From positions 64,001-128,000 of the IMG/VR virus record IMGVR_UViG_3300048694_001005: a DNA stretch of 64,000 nucleotides; one strand, given 5' to 3'. The notes beneath the pieces were generated by a model, which had not been told where the DNA came from, searched no databases, and saw only the letters and a program-made list of their open reading frames with translations. The DNA is from a virus. The position numbers were made by a program, and so were the translations under genes. Below, piece by piece: positions 24,201 to 31,247 of this stretch (position 1 is its first letter; each line of letters begins with the position of its first letter).

Positions 24201-25345
24201 AGCGTAAAACTTTTGGTGCCGATTATACATTGACCGCGCTAGACGGCAGTACCTTACGTTCTGTTATTTTTAATACTGCACCTGCCATGGGCGATGTTGT
24301 GGTGTTAAGTGAGACAACAGGTGCACAATTTAGTATGATAGATGCGCAAACTATATTGATAGCAGCTAGTGTGGCGTTGACTGTAAATAGTAAAGTTCGC
24401 ATTATTAGCTATGCAGATCATGACACCAGTTTAATTAAGACTAAAGTATATTCCGGCGCCGGCGCAGCTACAATCAGTATACCACACGGGTTCGATACAA
24501 TAGGATTTGATAGTGAGGATTCAGGATTCGATTCATCCTCTTCCTTGATCATCACTACCAACAAATATCCATTGCAATACACGCATACTAACACAAATTA
24601 TGTGCTAGTTTATCAAAACGGACAGTTTTTGCAGCCCAACACAGATTGGGATTTGGCTGATAGCGGTTCGCAAGTTGAAATTCATAGAAACATTAGTGCA
24701 AGTGACATAATCATAATCACAGAATTTACTGAAAACAGTCAGGGCGGTCTAACCAGCTTTAGGATCTTTAAGAACTTACTGGATCAAACTAATTACTATG
24801 CTATCAACTATTCTGACAGTACTAAATTGTCAGCTGATTTGGGTATTTTTGACACAGAAATCAGTGTGCAAAATGCCCTAGCATTGCCCGCACCCAGCAC
24901 TGCCTATGCTAAACCCGGTGTTATATTCATAAATGGAGAACGCATAGCTTATTGGGAACGCGACACAGTAAACAACAAGCTGGGACGTATTATACGTGCC
25001 ACCGGTGGTACTGGTGCGCCTCAAGTACATGCTGCGGGGTCAGATTTGGTTAGTGCAGGCAAAAACCAGGAAATTACTAGCCTATACGACAACAGTATTG
25101 TAGCAAAATGGCAACCGCTTACTCAGTTTAAACAGGATACCTACGTATTATTTGAGGGCAGCATTTATCAAGTTACCACTACTTTCACTAGTGGAGCCTC
25201 ATTTACAACAGCCAATTTAACTTATCGTGCGCAATTTAGAGATATGGTATGGTATGATATGAATAACAAAACCTTGAGTTTAGTGGAAGCAGATACTACT
25301 CAAGCAGTATTTTTAAGACAAAAAGCGGGCTTTATTCCAACATAA
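12284..25345 (+). CDS. Giant (4353 aa) baseplate wedge/adhesin structural protein
   Basis: Uninterrupted 13 kb ORF after gp6; contains FG-GAP-like repeats (about 18850-20460), four W-x4/5-Y-x2-G CBM-like motifs (17576, 22751, 23294, 25109) and GDG-T-T-x-F Ig-like modules (19445, 23486, 24104). Confidence 0.75.
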   Translation: MPIRTLNLLPKVFQTDHNKKFLNATLDQLTTEPNFARLNGYVGKKTSPAFIPTDNYVIEPALNRQQYQLEPSVVVKEPNKDAFIANYNDMVNAVNFAGGDNIDHNKLFANKYYSYDGLFDFDKLVNYNQYYWLPNGLDPVVVSTGDIATAAQYTITRDSVDDAYKITDYVQLNPLLVLARGGTYTFTVNQTSQFYIQAAPGTAGEYPFQTNISAREVYGVTNNGADNGTVTFVVPQRSAQDWILDLPEQDSVNYATTLNYAQIQGANFDSFINTYGGIDGVKDLNNKVIVFVNPSSNDADWYDPYTDSIIPTAKRANTFIVRVDTTGSAPTLRVEEYILVGANYKFKVLGGNDYGYRYFYKEPVHLQLELLPPVTANIDTLYYQDSTNTNMLGLIKLIDTQIDTPINVDTDIVGQKNYTSPNNVVFTNGLRVQFDTTATPPSYQLKEYYVEGVGDAIRLVPVSELIVPETWIPSAAVPWDSNKWDSQPWDPNVSLGPTQPDYFTINRASRDRNSWSRTNRWFHIDVINAVAEYNNYTPTIDKNANAKRPIIEFNYDVQLYNSGSVFKQAINAFDTVTTDAFSHVEGSSGYAIDGITLTNGMFVVFAAETDENVRNKVYKVNIVDPSGDGSSITHLTLVEHAQVLAKEGLLVRQGTNYQGKMVWFDGTAWHTAQQKLGVNQSPLFDVFDDSGISYSDTSKYPSTTFAGNKIFSYRPGNGKNDINLGLALTYKSIANIGDIVFDNNLDAESFAYTLDNTVKTIQLFDGKLHVNNSLTNYTQKTVWTPVFEDSKQFQHLEYLAEQGQTEFLVYSFGDPSNYVNNFKLFVNNKFVNSDNYVFETIHDRAYIILTSALSLNDKVDIFVYASTQTIPNAYYEIPKNLEVNALNAVASTFTLGQLRRHIGQIYQNSKQVTGSYLGSSNLRDLPKIKDIGGTLLQHSASVVPAALFMTHPDANLIDAINNAAREYTRFKNKVLDQALKLDLTKSLTVPQMLDEILGTINAVKTKDFAWYYSDMLAYGEDSVENVTTITIENDAQLEYDLYTKFDLTQPSRRGVCVYVNDNQLVHGIDYTFLTIRPAIALTAGTIATYDVLKIVEYNTTNGSYIPETPTKLGLWPSKSPRLYTDDTFVTETLCIEGHDGSIIPAFGDFRDDILLEFEKRIYNNLKVQWNLNKLSVFDVKSGAFRTTDYSRDQYNNILSQFFNAWASKYGLDYTTNDTFLSNNSFTWNYKKLSDRVFGELLQGGWRAIFDHFYDTMRPHTHPWEMLGFDQKPSWWQQRYGAAPYTSGNLVLWEDLRDGRIFTGDRAGIDARFARPDLLDIIPTDEYGELRPPVEIFVKAFDSRKTKISWAFGDIGPVEAAWRRSSEFAFASQAAMSVAKPAKYFGLFIDNDKYLYDAAINEFTFNGLNRRLQVSDYVLNSETVDTEIVSKASYLNWIIDRLNGQGVNGVDRIRSLIDNLTVNLTYAFAGYTGPAMLNSFAEQASPNSVGKSILVPEENQSIVIKKSVPLLKIVYSAVIIERTGTGFKVQGYDIAEPYFTIIPSLANSNSTTITVMGNTATVYNDYDAVKTTIPYGTEFVNKQQVVDFLISYNRYLVSQGIRFNEYEGDLGANRDFILSAQEFLNWSQQGWDSQTVIVLNPLANKVFLTRPGYVVDEINGSQVGASRVLDQNFNYLRDDQFNVVRINNSFTINAVNSNLALVEMNLVQYEHAIVYDNRTIFNDVIYEPETGNRQLRIKLVGYKTREWDGSVYAPGFIYNSTNVDAWTAGVDYKAGALVEYKNQYYTALMDVAAENVFEFNKWQIIDKNKIKTGLLPNFSNLAGRSERFYDITNANFESSIDLYSKGLIGFRPRSYLTELGIDDISQVKFYQGYIREKGTNSALNALLGAKFDRFTTEIDAYENWAIRVGEFGAIDSTQVLELVLTENNFAANPSFLSLLNDGDTAESGTTGYSPNAVGDGKIVIVPKNYTKNLFLTTTDKLNVEEELLTAGYLKTTHADTFIFDLTNINADSPATLIDPIGSGHKIWVAKKNNKDWTLLRAEQTQVQVINITNALDNTLAVKTSDRHNLAINDYIVIKNFDINFNFIYRVKEILDLKTFKVDANTTLTSNLSGFNSLDGTGVLYKLSTVRFNTVSDWAAYTPREGWQTDDVAAIDHWGPNYVDWAVFKKRDIWSKNQTLDAWDASTNQNYGSSVAFVNTGDYMLVGAPAEGTGKVFVYIKDSNGQYQHLTSITQSTANLSGFGTTLTGSNADYFAVGCPTSDTNTGFVYIYKINTSLGTVSLVGSVKTGPSTGSYLGQSLSFSKDGLWLYVGAPGVNRVYIWGRSSTTFYQVGTYITPADIGAGDQFGYSVSCSTDGAQVLVGAPFNDTGSTDAGAVYIYDRSIESFVGDGSTTVYTLLRSPDTNIKLSTVEGVVQTGETYTGSGNKTVTFSTAPGNGSLIKIASNNFQLLKKLTTPVTQSQQQFGTSTVLCPFDCTAYVGAPLVDSANSVQNAGAVYRYTNMGRLYGKATGTVTNPAVTIGHGIRINDFDVVFTGTSLTSVVNDINNKAIPGIGASAVNNQLYIECDIVLVADKLRILPGSGTALTDLGLDVFKNTQTISNPNPIADDQFGTVLAISDDALKLAIGSALETSIETTSFDGNTTTFDLGSLKFVDQVGQSGAVLVYEYVSDRIDNDSSPGSFILDRYLEPGNLQLANKFGSSVAMNGSYIAVGAIGDDKFGSNYGAMYVFAAAKSTAWYVDGQAVPRVNTDAINRLFLYDSVTHTKLVDLELIDPVKVKVPGNAISQIDFVEDLDPAVYGDTAASINEIWGSMQVGKVWWNTDKVRYLDYEQGDFQYRSTHWGDTFPGSEIEICEWTRSSVLPSSYVAVNGNNFDGYPVFGDARVVTETRTDAATGLTMTNYYYWVRRKTTVNTNSGRTLTISAVEDLITDPKAQGLAYAVVLSNNSIGLYNTATYLNASNTLLHVDYDVQLNTDVIHAEYDLVQENNPRSRPADSLLSKLIDSLSGQDAMGKEVPDTNLYGTLKYGIENRPRQGMFVNRLTALKVMLLKVNEIFSSYKLVEIYDTDRLKIAEPAPSAVSGAWDESVANLTELSYINTSTLTPGYKVLVENDSNYYNGWSIHTYSGGWSVTSHQSYNLNRFWQYVDYVASSYDASKLPKYTVENKYDLLKNQYVLNDTVKIMDNGSGRYEIIKYVNDDTGNLITETLVLENGTVNFTNELYTQALVNDGSTLSQTYSKELRNLFELLFNDLFTNELEKHVNELFFVAIRYILREQKNVDWLFKTSLIDIKHYFRKLEQQSVYLKDNQTFLLDYITETKPYHTKIREYLINYTGLDDWAGDPSDFDLPAYYDGDLSVFRSPSGEKSTDANKLETDLHYRMWNLNHGYGVDSVMIENAGVNYLVAPDINIIAATGDTGSGAKAYALVSGGKLREIIVTDPGKNYTKTPTVEVVANDSGTSGKLYAQLGNKTIRKWNTTIRFDRYTYGTAVLTWAASTYYLQGQYIAHNHVLYKVEVADGSSAGFTSSTTFDTDNLVKISNQDLAALMDGDFGSANDRITAYYQPRDGMPGQDLAQVQTGIDYPGVIVDAQNFTDLPTNYPTIASGLDDTVITSQFTDTDLGTRAEDILVDGKAFIDVYSSHAPQELIPGRMYDTLNMQVHTVPRTDYNYIIKTWAAYSYYAKGDYIKYGTQLYQALFAYTTGAAFSIYGPDGSTIALTARDPLTAGAGPEITNLSFTADGTTTQFSFREVGHSDDVLFVYTKNRGLQKENTDFTVNYNDKSINFAIAPLANETVFISVQSHGGNFLLYDKTYQILAATTQIILPTYDNLVQDLLVFVNGQRVFEGTASNQFTHAVSNNLYNIQFNTALVSGDYVHVYVYSQPQTYREIHNTYQSFDTLPSVSYPTDYTITLDRPLKTSGPYHANIIVLVNNNRLRTPENTYLTGDGSTITFTPNYVADINGATVDGNDIEVYVNGQRKTFGADYTLTALDGSTLRSVIFNTAPAMGDVVVLSETTGAQFSMIDAQTILIAASVALTVNSKVRIISYADHDTSLIKTKVYSGAGAATISIPHGFDTIGFDSEDSGFDSSSSLIITTNKYPLQYTHTNTNYVLVYQNGQFLQPNTDWDLADSGSQVEIHRNISASDIIIITEFTENSQGGLTSFRIFKNLLDQTNYYAINYSDSTKLSADLGIFDTEISVQNALALPAPSTAYAKPGVIFINGERIAYWERDTVNNKLGRIIRATGGTGAPQVHAAGSDLVSAGKNQEITSLYDNSIVAKWQPLTQFKQDTYVLFEGSIYQVTTTFTSGASFTTANLTYRAQFRDMVWYDMNNKTLSLVEADTTQAVFLRQKAGFIPT

Positions 25346-25347
25346 AT

Positions 25348-26019
25348 ATGACTATGAATCAGGACGAAAACATGACTTTACAAACTCAAACCAATAATCC
25401 CAAGCCAGACGACATGGGATCAGTGCTATTGCAGGGGCATATTAAGATATTTGATCCTGAAACCCAAGAAGTCTTTGTGGACAAGTCTAATGCAATACAT
25501 TATGAAAATTTTAGTCAAGCATTAGCTCTAAGTGTGGGAAATAAAGCTACAGGATTTATACATGAAATGCACTTTGGTAATGGCGGCACAAGCGTAGATG
25601 CCACAGGCATTATTACATATTTGCCGCCCAATACAACAGGTGCCAACAGTCAATTATACAATCCCACTTATTATAAAGTTGTAGATGACAACAGCAATTT
25701 GAATACGGATCCGGTGCGTAACAATATAACCATACGACATATAGCTGGTAAATTATACACTGATATACTAATTACATGTTTGTTGGATTATGGTGAACCC
25801 AGTGGACAAGCGGCATTTGACAATGCTACTGACTTAAACAGCGATTATGTGTTTGATGAATTGGGTCTAAAGTCCTGGGAAGGCACCGAAGTTGGCGTGG
25901 GTAACGGCAAATTACTAACCCATGTTGTTTTCCACCCAGTGCAAAAAAGTCTAAACAGATTAATTCAAATTGAATACACCATTCGGGTACAGACCCTGAC
26001 CCAACTTATTTCTGGATAA
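25348..26019 (+). CDS. Conserved baseplate-associated structural protein (start may be 25354)
   Basis: GHIKIFD..NAIHYEN..FGNGG..LDYGEP..FDELGL..THVVFHPVQKSLNR; in structural operon; ATAAATA at 25342-25348. Confidence 0.6.
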   Translation: MTMNQDENMTLQTQTNNPKPDDMGSVLLQGHIKIFDPETQEVFVDKSNAIHYENFSQALALSVGNKATGFIHEMHFGNGGTSVDATGIITYLPPNTTGANSQLYNPTYYKVVDDNSNLNTDPVRNNITIRHIAGKLYTDILITCLLDYGEPSGQAAFDNATDLNSDYVFDELGLKSWEGTEVGVGNGKLLTHVVFHPVQKSLNRLIQIEYTIRVQTLTQLISG

Positions 26020-26021
26020 CT

Positions 26022-26783
26022 ATGAATTACATAGATAAGATTATAGGAATTGCGCATCTGGGCAAATATACCAAGTGGTACTGCTCAATAATATCAAAAG
26101 CGCAAAGTAGAGCAAAAACTCGAAAAGCAGCAAAAAAATTGCTTGGTTATACAGAACGCCACCACATTCTTCCCAAGTCTTTCAAATTGGGCGGAGAAAA
26201 GGATAAAATGAATTATGCATACTTGTCTGCAGACGAGCATTTTTTGTGCCATTTATTATTGACAAAAATGTTTGATGGTGAGTTCAAAATTAAAATGTGT
26301 TTTGCATTGCATTCTATGCGTAGGATTTTGGGGCGCAATGGAAAACTTAAACTAACAAGTTGGGAATATAAAAAACTTAAAGAAGCCAATGCTTATGCAA
26401 GGAGCAAATCATCAAGTGGGATGAAAGGTAAAAAACATCGACCTGATTCAATTGAAAAAATGCGTGAAAATGCATATATGGGATTACTTGGTAAACCGGC
26501 ATGGAATCGAGGAAAAAAAGAAGCTGTAGAAAAAAAGAAAAAGAGAATGGAATCTCTTAAAAAATATAGGGAAGGACATCCTGAATGGAAGGAACAACTT
26601 CGAGACGCCAGCCGCATAGGAGAGCCCAATAGACTTTTGGCGATACAAAAACGAACACAGGTTGATGGAAGAATATATGAATCCGCGACAAAAGCGGCCG
26701 CAGCCCTTGGCCTTAAAAAAATAACGCTTATTAAGCGGGTGTTAAGTAAAAATTTTCCCGAATATAAGTACATAGAGGAATAA
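26022..26783 (+). mobile_element. Free-standing HNH homing endonuclease with NUMOD3-like DNA-binding repeats
   Basis: ERHHILPKS..GG..N...L...EHFLCHLLL HNH core; GMKGKKH..SIEKM and PAWNRGK NUMOD3-like motifs; Lys-rich; interrupts structural operon. Confidence 0.85.
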
Positions 26784-26786
26784 ACT

Positions 26787-28433
26787 ATGCCATATACCAT
26801 TAATAAAAGTAACGGAAATGTACAAACGGTTATAGCCGATGGTGATGTGGATACTACCACTAGTTTAAGTTTACTGGGTAAAAATTTTGCAGCATATGGC
26901 GACGAAATCGCCACAAATTTTTTGCACATGCTGGAAAATTTTAGCAATACATCTGCACCCAGTAATCCTATAAAGGGGCAACTTTGGTACAAATCCGATA
27001 CTAATTCATTACGTGTATATACTGGCACAAATTGGCAAGACTTGGCCAAGATGACGGTAAGTGGTTCGCAGCCAGGAACTGGTACAAATGGTGATTTATG
27101 GTGGGATAATCTAAATTTTCAATTGTATGGTTACAATGGCACAGGTTGGACATTAGTAGGACCAGCTGCACCCGGAGCGTTAGGCAAAACTGGTCAATTT
27201 GCCTATTCGGTACCAGATTACGGAGTAGTACCTACTGCTAATCACACTATTATTAAGGAATACATAGGCGGTAATTTAGTAGCAGTATACAGCAAAGATC
27301 CAGTAGCTTGGCAACCAAACTATGGCAATGTAAATGCAACAGACATGATAACTGGGTTTAGTTTAGTACAGCCCGGTATTAATCTAGCTACAGACATAGG
27401 TAATATTCAGTTTAATGGTACCGCAGCAAATGCAACAAAGTTTGGTAGCTTACTCACCACCGACTTTTTGAGAGCAAATATAGCAGCAACAACTACCGGC
27501 ACACTTACAGTGCAAACAGATGCGGGATTTGTAGTTGGTGCAGGTAATGATTTATTATTAGATATTACCGGTGGTCAGGATGTAAGAATAAAAAATCAAA
27601 CAACCAATGGACACATGGCGCTGTCTGTTACAGGAACTGGTAATTTATCCCTGTTAGTTGGAACTGGACAAATATTAGCTCCTTCAGGTTACACAGTGAC
27701 AGATACTTGGAGTTTAGCCACCAAGTCATATGTTGATAGTGCGGTAATTGCAGCAAATACTAGTGTAGGTAATTTAGTTCTGTATAAAGACGGTACTAAT
27801 TATATTGAGGGTAATATTGCCGCTGCCAATGGTAATACAAATACATTCACGTTGGGTACCAGTAGTGCTACGTTTAAAAACATTTATTCTACCAGTTTTA
27901 CAGGTAATTTAAGCGGCAATGTTACAGGCGCAACGACTACACTTACTGGTAATTTAACCGCAGCTAATGTGACAGCTAATAATGCCGTTACTGCTTCAAC
28001 TTTAACGGTTAACGGTGCAACATCAGTTGGTGGACATATAAATCCCACCATAACCGGAATTTATGATATAGGTAATGTTGGCGCATTTAGAAATATCAAC
28101 GCAAGTAACGTAAATGTGACTACGGTTACTGCTACTACATTAAATGGCACTACTATAACAGGTGCTTCACTCATTGGCTCTATTTTAAGATTATCTGGAG
28201 CAACGTCTGGTAATGTTGGATTACAAGCATCGGCGGTGGCTGGATCTGCAGTTTATACTTTGCCAAGTGCTGATGGAAGTTCAGGTCAAACATTGACTAC
28301 AAATGGTAGTGGGATATTATCATGGACAACTATTATAGGACCGACTTCTAATGGTTATGGAACTAGATATGTAAGTACAAGTGCACCTTCTGGTGGAAGT
28401 GATGGAGATGTTTGGTACCAGGTAGCTTCTTAA
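26787..28433 (+). CDS. Tail fibre protein (paralog of 29438)
   Basis: N-terminal MPYTINK..GKNF..YG...NF..MLENFSN..GQLWY baseplate-anchor motif; T/N/G-rich beta-repeat shaft. Confidence 0.75.
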   Translation: MPYTINKSNGNVQTVIADGDVDTTTSLSLLGKNFAAYGDEIATNFLHMLENFSNTSAPSNPIKGQLWYKSDTNSLRVYTGTNWQDLAKMTVSGSQPGTGTNGDLWWDNLNFQLYGYNGTGWTLVGPAAPGALGKTGQFAYSVPDYGVVPTANHTIIKEYIGGNLVAVYSKDPVAWQPNYGNVNATDMITGFSLVQPGINLATDIGNIQFNGTAANATKFGSLLTTDFLRANIAATTTGTLTVQTDAGFVVGAGNDLLLDITGGQDVRIKNQTTNGHMALSVTGTGNLSLLVGTGQILAPSGYTVTDTWSLATKSYVDSAVIAANTSVGNLVLYKDGTNYIEGNIAAANGNTNTFTLGTSSATFKNIYSTSFTGNLSGNVTGATTTLTGNLTAANVTANNAVTASTLTVNGATSVGGHINPTITGIYDIGNVGAFRNINASNVNVTTVTATTLNGTTITGASLIGSILRLSGATSGNVGLQASAVAGSAVYTLPSADGSSGQTLTTNGSGILSWTTIIGPTSNGYGTRYVSTSAPSGGSDGDVWYQVAS

Positions 28434-28434
28434 T

Positions 28435-29370
28435 ATGGCACGCAACTTCTATGTAAAACATGCTGGTGTTTGGAAGCCAATTTCTGTACCATACATTAAA
28501 CAAAGTGGTGTTTGGAAAACTCCCACAGCAGTTTTTATTAAAAACAGTGGTAGTTGGAAACAGGTGTGGCCTAGTGTAGTTACTGTGGAATATCTCATTG
28601 TTGGTGGTGGTGGCGGCGGATCTGGCGCATGGGGAGGCGGTGGTGGTGCTGGTGGTTTATTGACGAATGTGGGCGGCTCGCTGCTTCAGGTTCCCACAGG
28701 TTCCCCAATAGCTGTCACTGTGGGGGCAGGATCAATTGGCGACGCTGGAAATTCAACATTTTACAATTTATCTGCTTATGGTGGCGGTGGTAGTGTTCAA
28801 GCTGCTGGTCAGCATGGTGGAGATGGCGGCTCTGGGGGTGGTGCATTATATCAAGCATACAGAGCTGGTTATGGCGTATATCCAGGAAGTCCATATAAAA
28901 GTGAGCCTAGACAGGGATACGATGGTTACTTTTCTGCTTGGGGCGGTGGAGGTGGTGGCGCTGGTGGCGCTAGTACCGGATATGATGGTGGTCCTGGCAT
29001 AGCTTCAGCAATCACAGGAACTTCGGTCATGTATGCAGCGGGCGGCGGCAGCGGAGCTTATGTTGGTATTCTTGGAGATCATAGTGCTGACTATGGCGTT
29101 GGTGGATCCGGTATAGGCGGCAACGGCGGAGGTTATGGTAGACCTCCAACTACAGGTGCTGCAAATACAGGTTCCGGTGGTGGAGGGGGATATTTCTACT
29201 ATAACAATTATTCCGGAGCATCAGGTGCTGATGGTGTAGTAATAGTTAGATACCCAGATACTTATCCAAACGCAATCTCAACTACGGGATCTCCTGCATT
29301 CAGCACTATTCCAGGATACAAAATTTATAAATGGACTAATGTAGGTTCCTGGACAATTACGTTTGGATAA
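28435..29370 (+). CDS. Glycine-rich adhesin / fibre-tip protein
   Basis: Three YVK..GVWK-type Trp repeats at N-terminus then VEYLIVGGGGGG...GSGGGGG...GADGVVIVRY glycine-rich domain. Confidence 0.7.
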   Translation: MARNFYVKHAGVWKPISVPYIKQSGVWKTPTAVFIKNSGSWKQVWPSVVTVEYLIVGGGGGGSGAWGGGGGAGGLLTNVGGSLLQVPTGSPIAVTVGAGSIGDAGNSTFYNLSAYGGGGSVQAAGQHGGDGGSGGGALYQAYRAGYGVYPGSPYKSEPRQGYDGYFSAWGGGGGGAGGASTGYDGGPGIASAITGTSVMYAAGGGSGAYVGILGDHSADYGVGGSGIGGNGGGYGRPPTTGAANTGSGGGGGYFYYNNYSGASGADGVVIVRYPDTYPNAISTTGSPAFSTIPGYKIYKWTNVGSWTITFG

Positions 29371-29405
29371 CAATGTTGGGCATCAAATTTTAAATATTGT
29401 TTAGT

Positions 29406-29413
29406 TATAAATA
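29406..29413 (+). promoter_or_regulatory. Exact T4 late promoter TATAAATA
   Basis: Intergenic, followed by AAGGA SD and ATG 29438. Confidence 0.8.
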
Positions 29414-29437
29414 CATTAGATAAAAGGATTAGCAACA

Positions 29438-31246
29438 ATGAGTTATACTATTACAAAAACAGCGGGTGGAACAGTAGCCACTGTAACTGATGGCAGCCTA
29501 GATACTACTACGCTAGATATCGCGCTGATTGGTAAAAATTACACGAATTATGGACAAAGTTTGAATGAAAACTTTGTCAAAATGCTGGAAAATTTTGCAA
29601 ATACCACACAACCCAGTCAACCTATGACGGGTCAGTTTTGGTATGACTCCGGCAACAAACTACCTAAAGTTTACACAGGTACAGCGTGGAAAAACATTGG
29701 CAGCGCCACAGCAGATGGCTCAGCCCCAACAGGCGCAAACGTAGGTGATTTATGGTACGACACCACCAATAAACAACTTAAAACATACAATGGATCGGGC
29801 TGGGATCTAATAGGACCTGACTGGACCGGTGATTTGGGACTATATTCTGCTGGTTATAGATTTGGTCAGGAAGTAGCTAAGGTATCTGACGGTGTAACAA
29901 CACACGCAGTGGTTAACATTAATGCTGGCGGTCAAGTAGTAGCTATTTTCAGTGGAGATGCCGCATTTACTCCCAGCCCAGCTATCACCGGATTTGCAAC
30001 TATAGAGCCGGGTCTCAACCTAAACAGCACACTTAATGCAAAAGTTGCAAACGCTGATTTATTGGATGGATTAGACAGCACGCAATTTATGCGATCTGAT
30101 ACTAATACAGGTACAAGCGGAAATTTAGCCATCACCAATGCTACCGCAAGTACAAGTTCTAGCACAGGTGCATTAAAAGTTTCCGGTGGCGCTGGCGTAT
30201 CTGGCAACGTTTATGCTGGTGGCAATATTGTTGCAACCGGCAACTTGACTGGAACTAATATTTCTGGAACATTGAGCACCGCAGCGCAACCTAACGTCAC
30301 TAGCGTTGGTACGTTGACAGGTCTTACCGTAAGCGGAACCGCCACTGCAACCACACTAGCGGGAACATTAAGTACCGCAGCGCAGCCAAACGTCACTAGC
30401 CTGGGTACGCTAACTTCGCTTGCAGTAACTGGTAACGTAGCAGCTGGTAATTTAAGTGGTACAAGTATTGTTGGTACTCTTACAACTGCGGCGCAGACAA
30501 ATATCACAAGTCTAGGCACACTATCATCCTTGACAGTATCGGGCAACATAGCTTCTGGAAATTTAAGTGCGGGTATAGTAACTTCTGCTTCTGGTACGTT
30601 GACATTAACTCCTGCAACGACACTGCAAATTACAAAGAGCACTAGCATCACTGATACCACAGATGCAGCCAGTTTATCAACAGGTGCATTGGTAGTTTCG
30701 GGAGGTGTAGCGGTTCAGGGTAAATTACGTGCTAATATTGGTTTGTATACAGATAACTTATATTATGCAAATGGTGTTGCTTATGGATCCAGTAGCGGCA
30801 CAGTTAATAGTGGTACAGCAAACAGACTAGCATATTATGTTTCTACTGGTGCAGCAGTATCACAGACCCCTACCAATTTAACTTATGATGGTACAACTTT
30901 GCGAGCAGGATATCTTGCAGCAAATGTGGGGTACTCACCAACTTTAGCGTTGACTTATGGTTCCACTATTAACTGGAATACGGCTAATGGCCAAACCGCT
31001 CGCGTAACCTTAACAGGTAACGCGACTATGGCAACGCCAACTAATTTATTGGATGGCGGTTTCTACACAGTTATGGTAATACAGGATAGTACTGGCAATA
31101 GAACTTTAAGTTGGAGTGCAAATTATAAATGGATTGGCGGAAGTTCTCCTGACTTATCAACGACGGCGGGAGCGGTTGATTTCTTTAGTTTCTTTAGTGA
31201 TGGCACATATATGTATGAGCAAGGCAGAGCACAGGAAGTAGCATAA
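29438..31246 (+). CDS. Tail fibre protein (paralog of 26787)
   Basis: Same N-terminal anchor (MSYTITK..GKNY.NYG...ENF..MLENFAN..GQFWY); TAAQPNVTS repeats; C-terminal WN..NGQ.A.VTLTGN..QDSTGNRTLSW..Y.W.GG domain. Confidence 0.75.
   Translation: MSYTITKTAGGTVATVTDGSLDTTTLDIALIGKNYTNYGQSLNENFVKMLENFANTTQPSQPMTGQFWYDSGNKLPKVYTGTAWKNIGSATADGSAPTGANVGDLWYDTTNKQLKTYNGSGWDLIGPDWTGDLGLYSAGYRFGQEVAKVSDGVTTHAVVNINAGGQVVAIFSGDAAFTPSPAITGFATIEPGLNLNSTLNAKVANADLLDGLDSTQFMRSDTNTGTSGNLAITNATASTSSSTGALKVSGGAGVSGNVYAGGNIVATGNLTGTNISGTLSTAAQPNVTSVGTLTGLTVSGTATATTLAGTLSTAAQPNVTSLGTLTSLAVTGNVAAGNLSGTSIVGTLTTAAQTNITSLGTLSSLTVSGNIASGNLSAGIVTSASGTLTLTPATTLQITKSTSITDTTDAASLSTGALVVSGGVAVQGKLRANIGLYTDNLYYANGVAYGSSSGTVNSGTANRLAYYVSTGAAVSQTPTNLTYDGTTLRAGYLAANVGYSPTLALTYGSTINWNTANGQTARVTLTGNATMATPTNLLDGGFYTVMVIQDSTGNRTLSWSANYKWIGGSSPDLSTTAGAVDFFSFFSDGTYMYEQGRAQEVA
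30266..30540 (+). repeat. Three tandem GTLSTAAQPNVTS(V/L)GTL fibre repeats
   Basis: Copies start at 30266, 30362 and 30473 (96 and 111 nt spacing), similar at DNA level. Confidence 0.85.
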
Positions 31247-31247
31247 G

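Noticed and set aside
26393-27049. 218-aa minus-strand ORF
   Set aside because: Antisense shadow of two well-supported plus-strand genes; no recognisable motifs or start signals.
28425-28440. Programmed frameshift or readthrough joining fibre and tip genes
   Set aside because: No slippery heptamer evident; TAA-N-ATG junction also occurs at 2249/2251, consistent with ordinary translational coupling.
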